Of a DNA stretch of 38,643 nucleotides, positions 20,982-29,183 are shown one piece after another. The notes under the pieces are model-generated. The model did not search any database, was not told the DNA's origin, and saw only the letters and a program-made list of their open reading frames with translations. The first letter of the stretch is position 1. The number at the start of each line of letters is the position of its first letter. The position numbers and the translations under genes were made by a program. Source of the stretch: an uncultured Lentisphaerota bacterium (GTDB lineage Bacteria > Verrucomicrobiota > Lentisphaeria > Oligosphaerales > CAITYL01); NCBI GenBank assembly GCA_903896595.1, contig CAITYL010000338.1, forward strand, positions 1 through 38,643, given 5' to 3'.

Positions 20982-21990
20982 TGAGAATCTCCTTCTTCTT
21001 GGCCTCGAATTCCTCTGGCGTGATCAACTGTGCCCCAAGCATGCGCTTGAGGGTGCCCAGCCGCGCCACGGGGTCGGCGGGCACCCCGCTGGTATCGTCG
21101 AGCGAAACATGGAGCGCCTCACCAACCTGTTTCCCCAACGGCACGCCGGCGCCGACGCCGATGCCGAGTCCGAGCCCACCGGCCAGCAAGCCGCCGGCGC
21201 TGCCGCCTTCGTTGGCCGCCGCCTTTTCCAAGGTGTCGAACGTGCGCATGGTGGTATAGGCGACGCCGACCTTGGCCTTGCTGATCTGATCGATCTCCAT
21301 GCGGCGGCCCAGCACATCCTGAAACCGCGTCATCTCCGCCTCGGGAATGCTGATCCGTTCCACGTTGAAGTTGATCACTTCAATGCCGAACCGGGCCAGT
21401 TCCGGGGCGATCTGCTTTGCCGTTTCGGCCGAAATTTCATTGAGGCGGGAGTTGATCTGAAATACGGAAATCTTCTGTTCGGCGAAAAAAGTCGCCAACA
21501 GGTCGGAAAACTTCTGGTGTATCTCCCCGGTGAAGTACTCCATGACCTTCGTGCTATCCGCGCCCGCAAGCGTTCCAACGATCTGAGCCACAAAAACCTG
21601 GGAGTCTTGAATCCGCAATCCCCAGCGACCATAGGCTCGCACGGAGATGGGAAAGTTGTATTCCGGGTCAATCAGGGGGATCGGGGTTTTGGTGCCCCAC
21701 TTGAGGTCGCGCTTGACCGTCTTGCTCACAAACCAGACTTCAGCCGTAAACGGGGTTTGGTTGCCAAACGGCAGGCTCACCAGCTTCCCGAGCAAGGGGA
21801 GATTGCCGGTGGAAAGCGTGTGTGTCCCGTTCGTGAAGAGGTCGAGGGCCTGACCGCCCTTGACGAAAATCACCTCCTGGGTGGGATGCACGATGAGTTG
21901 ACCACCAAGCTTTAAATCCTCGCTTGGATACTTCCAAACAAGTACCTCGTCGGATGGTGAGTCAAACTTGATTCTGTCGAGGAGAGCCAT
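20971..21990 (-). CDS. SPFH (band 7/flotillin-like) domain protein with C-terminal SHOCT domain.
   Basis: SPFH core plus C-terminal LGTLKRMLGAQLITPEEFEAKKKEIL (SHOCT-like). First gene of the operon. Confidence 0.8.
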   Translation of the reverse strand: MALLDRIKFDSPSDEVLVWKYPSEDLKLGGQLIVHPTQEVIFVKGGQALDLFTNGTHTLSTGNLPLLGKLVSLPFGNQTPFTAEVWFVSKTVKRDLKWGTKTPIPLIDPEYNFPISVRAYGRWGLRIQDSQVFVAQIVGTLAGADSTKVMEYFTGEIHQKFSDLLATFFAEQKISVFQINSRLNEISAETAKQIAPELARFGIEVINFNVERISIPEAEMTRFQDVLGRRMEIDQISKAKVGVAYTTMRTFDTLEKAAANEGGSAGGLLAGGLGLGIGVGAGVPLGKQVGEALHVSLDDTSGVPADPVARLGTLKRMLGAQLITPEEFEAKKKEILNGI

Positions 21991-22170
21991 AAGCGTGGGC
22001 TTTCTTGTCTATCGATTGGCAAAAGGAGAGCGTGCGATATCTTTGCCGTCCTTGAAGCCGACATCGTTCGTCCCGCCCCGATTTTCACGATCAGCTGTCG
22101 TACAGTACACGGGAGTGCCAAGGTCTGCAAGGCGCATAATGCGACAGCGGCTCCGGTTGCGGAGTCCACG

Positions 22171-22199
22171 CCTTTTTTGCGCCGCGGCGCAAAAAAAGG
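22171..22199. terminator. Bidirectional intrinsic terminator upstream of the SPFH operon.
   Basis: ccTTTTTTgcgccgcggcgcAAAAAAAgg: a perfect GC palindrome flanked by T6 and A7. Confidence 0.5.
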
Positions 22200-22379
22200 A
22201 GGGCGCGAACCCCAAGTTTGCGCCTCCACGGAAGGGCTAGCACACCCCGGAATGGAAACAACAAACGAGGGGAACGCGCCCAAGTGAGCGCGTCCCCTCG
22301 CAAGTCGCCGCTTCCATTCCATTGAAAAGTGCTAGTTTTCCGTGGAAACGTTGAATTGCGATGAACGCAAACCTATGAT

Positions 22380-22430
22380 ACTGATAAGAATTTTTATTTC
22401 ATGGATTGGGTCGGGCAGGGGTAATAAACG
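22380..22430 (+). repeat. Island repeat family D, copy R3.
   Basis: actgataagAATTTTTATTTCATGGATTGGGTCGGGCAGGGGTAATAAACG. Confidence 0.6.
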
Positions 22431-22521
22431 TATCGATTCTAGTCCCCAAAATATTCATAATCAATCCATGTTTTTCTTCTTCTTCGCCGTCATCCTTTTT
22501 GTTGTGATCCGTCATACTGAC

Positions 22522-23187
22522 CTAACTCAAACCGAAACACCGCAAGGCGTGTTCAGTCAATCCTCGCTGCCAATCGATATCTGAGCGGGAGACTGCGATC
22601 TCCGTGATCCTGATCCAATCGGGGCTACCGTAGTGCGCTTTAAGGCCGGGTATTCCGATCAGTGGCTTCAGAAAGTCAGTTGTATCGGCATCTTTGTCAA
22701 GCGATGTCCCGCCAAAGACCCTGGAAAACGACTTTAATAACATTTCGTACTGGCAATCCAACGGTGCATGTCCGTCGCCGTCCAACATAAGCAAGCACAG
22801 TCCAACAAACGTGGGATCATGATTCGCGTTATAAAGGTATGTCTCTACTTTGCGTGCAACCCGCATGGTCGTCTCATTCTTTCCGCACACATCCACTATA
22901 TATTTCTGCCCTTGATATTCCACCGCAACATCGGGGTGACTCCAATGCAAGTCGTCCGCACTGATGCAGGTCATTCTGGAGAAAAGGCCACGGGTGGGCA
23001 CGAGTGCCGCAAGAGCTAATTCTGGGGTGCGGGAAAAACTGAAAGACGATTCAAAGCCATGTTTCGTTCCCAGAGCGGCATGAATCGTTACGCCCTTGGC
23101 TGGAAGCGCGGCTCGCAACGCCAGTGCTACGCGAAGCACGCACTGATGATGAGTCATGGGATCGTTAGCCGTTTTGTGCTGATTCAA
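22522..23187 (-). CDS. Hypothetical protein (221 aa) forming its own cassette between repeat copies R3 and R4.
   Basis: ORF with island-like composition and no secure motif (weak PD...E.K-like stretch PDVAVEYQGQKYIVDVCGK). Confidence 0.5.
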   Translation of the reverse strand: MNQHKTANDPMTHHQCVLRVALALRAALPAKGVTIHAALGTKHGFESSFSFSRTPELALAALVPTRGLFSRMTCISADDLHWSHPDVAVEYQGQKYIVDVCGKNETTMRVARKVETYLYNANHDPTFVGLCLLMLDGDGHAPLDCQYEMLLKSFSRVFGGTSLDKDADTTDFLKPLIGIPGLKAHYGSPDWIRITEIAVSRSDIDWQRGLTEHALRCFGLS

Positions 23188-23228
23188 AATAACGCCTGTT
23201 TGTCGATCTTGATCGTTGAACCACTACG

Positions 23229-23280
23229 TCTGATAGGCATTTTGATTTCAGGGATTGGGTCGGGCGGGGGGAATAAAAAT
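23229..23280 (+). repeat. Island repeat family D, copy R4.
   Basis: tctgataggcATTTTGATTTCAGGGATTGGGTCGGGCGGGGGGAATAAAAAT. Confidence 0.6.
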
Positions 23281-23342
23281 TTATAGGTAATTTGAATTTT
23301 AATGCTTATTGGATTGTTCCGGTGGTGGAACCCGTAAAGAAA

Positions 23343-23588
23343 CTATCTGATAATTTTTAGTCTGCGGAAATCCTCTTCTCCCCATCCAATATCAACAAAT
23401 AGTGCCTTTAGCAATTTTGGCCCGTAGGTTTTTCCAGGGTGGAAGTGAACACTCACGCGCCGTCCGGATTTATAAAATAACTGCTGGGAACCGCCTCGTT
23501 GCTCACAAACCCAGCCATCACGGACAAGAGCCCGGATTAATTCATCCGCGCTTATGCTTTTGAGTTGGTCCCAAACATTTTTATTCAT
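23343..23588 (-). CDS. hicA: HicA-family mRNA-interferase toxin.
   Basis: 81 aa; LIRALVRDGWVCEQRGGSQQLF...VSVHFHPGKTYGPKLLKALFVDIGW fits the HicA/YcfA fold pattern; ATGA overlap with hicB. Confidence 0.75.
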   Translation of the reverse strand: MNKNVWDQLKSISADELIRALVRDGWVCEQRGGSQQLFYKSGRRVSVHFHPGKTYGPKLLKALFVDIGWGEEDFRRLKIIR

Positions 23589-23920
23589 GCAAAAGCAGGG
23601 ACTTGAACATCTTCGGTAATGTAACGGATACGGTTTTTGGGTACATCATAGAAAACGTCCCGGCTTAAAACCGTACAACAGGGGATCGGTTCCCCATGCT
23701 CCATCATAGACAAGACATAAAGATTAATCGCATCACGGGCGTCCACCATGGCATCCTTGATGGTATCCCCGCAGGCATGCAACCCTTTAAAAACCGGGCA
23801 AAAAGCATGGTAACCATCACCATCTTTTTCAATGATAACCGGGACCGAGACGCGAAACATAATTTTATTTTTTTTCATATAACTGATACGGACTTTAGCA
23901 TGTCGGAATCCAGATGGCAA
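23585..23920 (-). CDS. hicB: HicB-family antitoxin. The start may be the internal ATG giving MKKNKIMF at about 23878.
   Basis: VIIEKDGDGYHAFCPVFKGLHACGDTIKDAMVDARDAINLYVLSMMEHGEPIP matches the HicB N-domain pattern; the stop overlaps the hicA start. Confidence 0.7.
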   Translation of the reverse strand: MPSGFRHAKVRISYMKKNKIMFRVSVPVIIEKDGDGYHAFCPVFKGLHACGDTIKDAMVDARDAINLYVLSMMEHGEPIPCCTVLSRDVFYDVPKNRIRYITEDVQVPAFA

Positions 23921-24069
23921 GTCCGCTAATCGTAGTCGTGCGGCCCGGCAGGGTTGTGGCGGGGGGTGGCTGGCGTTATGTTGACCCAGCGCAAGCGAAG
24001 CGGTAATCTGATCCTGCCGCTCGCCTCTGTCTGAACACGGTCATCCGCTTCCGGGTCTCGGATAACGCC

Positions 24070-25167
24070 ATGACGGAAACTCCAATCATCCGCCTCGAAG
24101 GTCGTTTGGACACCCGGACGGTGCCGGCGGCTTGGCTTGGGGCCATGGCGGTGTTGCGGCGGCATTCCGCCGTTCCGGTCGTGGTGGACGCCGCCGCTGT
24201 CGATTATTGCGACGGTGCCGGCGTGGCATTGTTGTTGCGCCTGTTGAGCCATCGCCGCCCGGCCGGCGCCACCGTCACCCTGCGGGGGCTTTCCCCCAAA
24301 TACCAGGCGTTGCTTGCCCAGTTCAAGGTGGACGACTACCGGGGGGTGGATGAGCTGGCCGGCGGCGTGAAAGCGGAGTCGTTGCCGAACCGGGTCGGCC
24401 GCATCACCCATGCCATGTGGCGTGATCTGCGGGAGATGGTGGAATTTACCGGTGAGTGCCTGGCCGCCTGCGCCCGCGTGGTGGTCCGGCCGACCCGCGT
24501 CCGCTGGGGCGATGTCCTGTCCATCGCCGAAGAGGCCGGGGTCAACGCCGTACCAATCGTGGTGTTGCTGAGCTGGTTGCTGGGGGTGATCCTGGCGTTC
24601 CAATCGGCCATTCCCATGAAAATGTTTGGCGCCGAGTTATATGTCGCCAATCTGCTGGGCATGGCGGTGTTGCGCGAATTGGGGCCGATTATGACCGCTA
24701 TCATCTTTTCCGGGCGCACCGGCGCCGCGTTCGCCGCCGAGATCGGCACCATGAAGGTCAACGAGGAAATCAACGCGCTGGAGACCATGGGGTTGGACCC
24801 GGTGCGGTTTCTGGTGGTGCCGCGCCTGTTGGCGGCGGTGGCGGTCATGCCCCTGCTGGCCATCATTTCCGACCTGGTTTGTCTGGCTGGCGGGGCGATG
24901 GTGATGTCGGCCATGAACGTGCCGGTGACCACCTATGTCAACCAGATCGTCGGCTTCGTGCATCCCCAGGATTTCGTGGGCGGCATCGCCAAGTCGGTGG
25001 TCTTCGGATTGTTGATCGCGGGGACCGGCTGCCTGCGCGGGTTGCAGACAAAAAGCGGGGCGAGCGCGGTGGGGCAGTCCACCACCCGCGCCGTGGTCAC
25101 CAGCATTACCCTGATCGTCATTGCCGACGGCCTGTTCGCGGTGCTCTCCTACCAGCTTGGTTTGTAA
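24070..25167 (+). CDS. mlaE: MlaE-family ABC permease with N-terminal STAS (MlaB-like) domain fusion.
   Basis: The N-terminal ~100 aa are STAS-like (IIRLEGRLDTRTV...VDYCDGAGVALLL); the C-terminal MlaE/YrbE permease core has 5 TM helices. Confidence 0.85.
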   Translation: MTETPIIRLEGRLDTRTVPAAWLGAMAVLRRHSAVPVVVDAAAVDYCDGAGVALLLRLLSHRRPAGATVTLRGLSPKYQALLAQFKVDDYRGVDELAGGVKAESLPNRVGRITHAMWRDLREMVEFTGECLAACARVVVRPTRVRWGDVLSIAEEAGVNAVPIVVLLSWLLGVILAFQSAIPMKMFGAELYVANLLGMAVLRELGPIMTAIIFSGRTGAAFAAEIGTMKVNEEINALETMGLDPVRFLVVPRLLAAVAVMPLLAIISDLVCLAGGAMVMSAMNVPVTTYVNQIVGFVHPQDFVGGIAKSVVFGLLIAGTGCLRGLQTKSGASAVGQSTTRAVVTSITLIVIADGLFAVLSYQLGL

Positions 25168-25202
25168 TTCCAATCACACATCAACTTGATTTCAAAATTA
25201 AC

Positions 25203-25280
25203 CGCAAAGATCGCAGAGATCGCAAAGATAAAACAATCTAAAAATGGCAATTGATCTTTGTGATCTTTGCGTTCTTTGTG
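25203..25280. repeat. Inverted repeat built from internal direct repeats in the mlaE-mlaF spacer.
   Basis: cgcaaagatcgcagagatcgcaaagat ... atctttgtgatctttgcgttctttgtg (about 27-bp arms, 24-nt spacer), followed by tagaat. Confidence 0.4.
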
Positions 25281-25326
25281 GTAGAATATAAGGATCAATT
25301 TGAAGTTTAATTGGAATAACAACCTT

Positions 25327-26094
25327 ATGTCTGACCAGGACCCCATTATCCGTGTCGAAGACCTCACCGTCGGTTACGACGGCGATATCCTTTTGGACCA
25401 TCTTCACTTCGAGGTGCGTCCCGGCGAGGTGTTTGTCATTTTGGGCGGGTCCGGCTGCGGCAAGAGCACCTTGCTCAAGCACATGATCGGGCTTTACCAG
25501 CCGATGTCCGGCGGGGTGCTGATCGGCGGCGACGACATTGTCACCGCCGCCGGGGAGGCGCGCCTGGCGATCTTGCGCCGGTTCGGGGTCATGTATCAAA
25601 GCGGGGCCTTGTTCGGGTCCATGACGTTGTTGGAAAATGTGCGCCTGCCCCTGGAAGAGTTCACCCATCTGGATGACGAGGCCAAAAATCTGGATGCCCT
25701 GATGAAACTGGACCTGGTGGGGCTGCGGTTGTTCGCCGGACACTTGCCGTCGGCCATCAGCGGCGGCATGCAGAAACGCGCCGGCATCGCCCGCGCCATG
25801 GCCCTGGACCCCATCATTCTATTCCTGGACGAACCGTCCGCCGGCCTGGACCCCATCACCTCCGCCGAGTTGGACCAGACCATTCTGCGCCTAGCCCGCA
25901 ATCTTGGCGTCACCTTTGTCGTGGTCACCCACGAACTGCCCAGCATCTTCACCATTGCCGACCGGGTGATCATGCTGGACAAGGTGCGCCAGGGGATTGT
26001 CGCCGAAGGCAAGCCCCAGGACTTACGCGAGCACAGTCCGGACCCGTGGGTCCGCAATTTCTTCAACCGGCACGTGGAAGGGACCGCCCCATGA
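25327..26094 (+). CDS. mlaF: MlaF-like ABC ATPase.
   Basis: Walker A GGSGCGKST, signature LSGGMQKRAGIARA, Walker B ILFLDEP. The track start at 25300 is TTG; ATG at 25327 was chosen. Confidence 0.9.
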   Translation: MSDQDPIIRVEDLTVGYDGDILLDHLHFEVRPGEVFVILGGSGCGKSTLLKHMIGLYQPMSGGVLIGGDDIVTAAGEARLAILRRFGVMYQSGALFGSMTLLENVRLPLEEFTHLDDEAKNLDALMKLDLVGLRLFAGHLPSAISGGMQKRAGIARAMALDPIILFLDEPSAGLDPITSAELDQTILRLARNLGVTFVVVTHELPSIFTIADRVIMLDKVRQGIVAEGKPQDLREHSPDPWVRNFFNRHVEGTAP

Positions 26095-27086
26095 GCGCCA
26101 AAGCGAACTATTTCCGACTGGGCCTGTTTGTCCTGGTCTGCCTCGGCCTCGGCGTCATGATCATCATGATGCTGGGGGTGTTCAAGTCCTTCGAACCGAA
26201 AATTCTTGTGGAAACGTATGCTAACGAGTCGGTGCAGGGGTTGGACATCGGGTCCAAGGTCAAGTACCGCGGGGTGCGCCTGGGCCAGGTCAAGGAGGTC
26301 GCGTTTACGTCCTGGATCTATGAAAGTCATAAAGAACCCGTGGATCGCAGAGGGTATATCTACATTCTCATGGAACTGAACCCGGTAAAGCTGAAGGGAA
26401 TGGCGCCGAACGGGGATCTCAGCCAACAAAAATTGGACGACGTCATTGCCCAGGGATTGCGGTGCCGGCTCAAGAGTGAAGGCATCACCGGCCTGATGTA
26501 CTTGGATTTCGACATGATGGATCCCGCCACCAACCCGCCGCTGCCGATCGATTGGAAGCCGGAGGATCTTTATGTGCCTTCCGCCCCCAGCACCGCCACC
26601 AAGTTTTTGGACAGTGCCGACCGGCTGCTCCGGCGGCTGGACCACCTCAAGATCGAGGAAACCATTCAAAACCTCAACACCGTCCTGACCACCATGAACA
26701 ACAAGCTGGCGGCGATGCAGACGGAACAGTTGAACAACGAGGCCACCAAGCTGCTGGGCGACCTGCGGCACACCAACCAAGCCTTGTTGGATGTCCTGCG
26801 CAACCCCAATAATCAGAACATTCAGAAGGATGCCGCCGCCTCCCTGGCCGGGGTGCGCAAGATCGTGGATAATCCCAAGATCCCGCAAAGCATCGACCTG
26901 TTCTGCGCCAACCTGACCAAGCTCGACCAGATGTTGAACAAACGCGACAACGATCTGGCGGTGTCCCTAGACAATCTGCGCCAAGTTTCCGAAAACCTGC
27001 GCGCCTTCAGCGAACATCTCAAGCAGTATCCCACCGGTGTCCTGCTCAGCGAACCGCCGGCGCCCTCCCAGTTGCCGTCAAAATGA
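26091..27086 (+). CDS. mlaD: MlaD-like MCE-domain protein with long C-terminal helical extension.
   Basis: N-terminal TM (YFRLGLFVLVCLGLGVMIIMML), MCE core (KVKYRGVRLGQVKEV); ATGA overlap with mlaF. Confidence 0.85.
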   Translation: MSAKANYFRLGLFVLVCLGLGVMIIMMLGVFKSFEPKILVETYANESVQGLDIGSKVKYRGVRLGQVKEVAFTSWIYESHKEPVDRRGYIYILMELNPVKLKGMAPNGDLSQQKLDDVIAQGLRCRLKSEGITGLMYLDFDMMDPATNPPLPIDWKPEDLYVPSAPSTATKFLDSADRLLRRLDHLKIEETIQNLNTVLTTMNNKLAAMQTEQLNNEATKLLGDLRHTNQALLDVLRNPNNQNIQKDAAASLAGVRKIVDNPKIPQSIDLFCANLTKLDQMLNKRDNDLAVSLDNLRQVSENLRAFSEHLKQYPTGVLLSEPPAPSQLPSK

Positions 27087-27124
27087 TGCGTGATACGTGA
27101 AACGTGACGCGTGATGTGTCTTTG

Positions 27125-27161
27125 ACCTACAGCCTAATAGCCTACAGTCTACAGCCTAACG
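27125..27161. repeat. Short tandem cctacag-type repeats, preceded by acgtga repeats.
   Basis: acctacagcctaatagcctacagtctacagcctaac. Confidence 0.3.
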
Positions 27162-27174
27162 AGAGAGGTGTGCC

Positions 27175-27831
27175 ATGAAGTTTATCCTGATGTCGTTCCG
27201 GGTGTTGTGCGGAACCGGAATTCTGGTGGCGGTCACGGCGGGCTGTTCGCTGATGCAACCGGCGGTGGTCAAACAGAAGTTTCTGCTGCCGGCGGTGCCG
27301 CCCGCCGCGGGCGCGGCGGATGCCGCGGCCCCGGTGGTACCCGCGTTGGTGCGGGTGAATCTGATTGGCGTGGCGGTGCCGTTTTCCTCCACCAATCTGG
27401 TTTACCGGCGGGATGACCTCCGGTATGACACCGATTTTTATAACGAATATTTTGTCGCCCCGCGCGACATGCTGACGGAGCGCGTCCGGGCGTGGGTCGG
27501 GGCGTCCGGCGTGTTTCGCGGCGTGGCGCCCGGAGGAAGCCCGTTGTCGGCGACTTACGAACTCAACGGGTTCGTGTCGGAGTTTTATGGCGACCTGCGG
27601 CCGGGCCGCGCCCCGGAAGCCGTGGTCGCCGCCGAGTTTGTCCTGTCCGAGGTCTCGGTCTCGCCGGCCCGCCTGGTCTGGCATCAGGCGTACAGCCGCC
27701 GTGTCCCGCTGGCCGGGACCGGCCCGGCCCAAGTGGCCCAGGGGCTCGACACCGCCCTGACCGGCGTGCTCGGCGACCTTTGCGCCGGCCTGCGCACCGG
27801 CCTGGCCGCCGAGGCCGCGGCTTCCAAGTAA
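27175..27831 (+). CDS. Lipoprotein, probable Mla/Pqi auxiliary component (PqiC/DUF330-like).
   Basis: Signal peptide plus lipobox LVAVTAGC; last gene of the mla operon; RBS gagagagg. Confidence 0.55.
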   Translation: MKFILMSFRVLCGTGILVAVTAGCSLMQPAVVKQKFLLPAVPPAAGAADAAAPVVPALVRVNLIGVAVPFSSTNLVYRRDDLRYDTDFYNEYFVAPRDMLTERVRAWVGASGVFRGVAPGGSPLSATYELNGFVSEFYGDLRPGRAPEAVVAAEFVLSEVSVSPARLVWHQAYSRRVPLAGTGPAQVAQGLDTALTGVLGDLCAGLRTGLAAEAAASK

Positions 27832-27904
27832 GCCCGCTAAGCGTGATGTAACCACGCGCCTATCGTCAAAAGTCCCCATCAAGGTGGCACCGTTTTTGGA
27901 GTGC

Positions 27905-27933
27905 GGCAATTCCTTTGCCGTTTTTTAATATCG
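27905..27933 (+). terminator. Intrinsic terminator of the mla operon.
   Basis: cggcaa-ttcc-tttgccg followed by ttttttaata. Confidence 0.5.
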
Positions 27934-27949
27934 GCGTTATTTCATGACC

Positions 27950-28084
27950 GGGAGCCGCCCGTCCTCGGGCGGAACTCGATGGCGTCACACTAGTTCCGCC
28001 CTTTTATTGGGCCATCGTCCATCAAGCCAATGATGCACGTCTCCGACGATGACGGGTTCGTCCGCCCGAGGACGGGCGGCTCCC
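27950..28084. repeat. Long-range GC inverted repeat (26-bp arms, about 80-nt spacer). The right arm belongs to a hairpin family also present at 32944-32982.
   Basis: gggagccgcccgtcctcgggcggaac ... gttcgtccgcccgaggacgggcggctccc. Confidence 0.4.
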
Positions 28085-28200
28085 AGGCGTGGGAAAACCG
28101 GAAAACCGAAAATCCTGAGGTTAGCCCCTCTGGTTGACGGCGGGCATTGCGCGGCTATTCTTCGGGCGGCCTTCCGCACGCTTTTTTAGGAAAGAGTCCC

Positions 28201-28836
<636 letters not shown>

Positions 28837-28859
28837 GGCGTTTAATCCGGCAGGCATCG

Positions 28860-28900
28860 GCCGCAATCGACCGTTGCCGATTGCAGTCGGTTGCAGTCGA
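28860..28900. repeat. REP-like hairpin element related to 8646-8688.
   Basis: gccgcaatcgaccgttgccgattgcagtcggttgcagtcga. Confidence 0.35.
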
Positions 28901-28957
28901 AGAACGGGGAGGCCGGTCCGGCAGCGAGCCCCGGGCGCTTTCGGGGCGGGGGGGAAA

Positions 28958-29172
28958 CCCCCATAAGCGCTAACTTAAACATCAACCGCGCCAGCCAGAA
29001 ACTGGGCTGGCACTTTAGAGTGTCGCCGGCTTGACGGCGCTTTCATGCTGTATTTAAACATGTTACATGAAAAATACAGTATCAAAGCGGTGTCGAGCCA
29101 CCGCCACTCTAGAGATTTCGGCCGCAGCCGAAATCAGTCAAAAACCAGCTCCCCGTTAGCGCTCATGGGGGG
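28958..29172. other. Candidate structured RNA region, or terminator complex, closed by a 17-bp long-range stem.
   Basis: cccccataagcgctaac ... gttagcgctcatgggggg pair across about 215 nt. Internal hairpins gccagccagaaactgggctggc and atttcggccgcagccgaaat, plus an AT-rich palindrome at 29048-29079. Confidence 0.25.
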
Positions 29173-29183
29173 ACCCCCGCCCT

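Noticed and set aside
22342-22584. Small ORFs 22342-22584 and 23059-23286, which translate the island repeat as ISGIGSGGGN.
   Set aside because: Conservation is at the nucleotide level, including non-coding flanks. There is no RBS, and the four copies fall in different contexts. The repeat is treated as a DNA/RNA element.
12886-23280. CRISPR-array interpretation of the four island repeats.
   Set aside because: The spacers would be 0.8-8.6 kb and contain full genes. The repeat is not palindromic and no cas genes are present.
25596-26888. 430-aa minus-strand ORF over mlaF and mlaD.
   Set aside because: It is antisense to an ABC ATPase with Walker motifs.
27142-27909. 255-aa minus-strand ORF over the lipoprotein gene.
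   Set aside because: It is antisense, Arg/Gly-rich and lacks an RBS.
28958-29172. Specific call of 6S RNA (ssrS).
   Set aside because: Only a closing stem and internal hairpins are seen. There is no recognisable 6S central-bubble pattern or the usual genomic context. It is kept only as a generic structured-RNA candidate.
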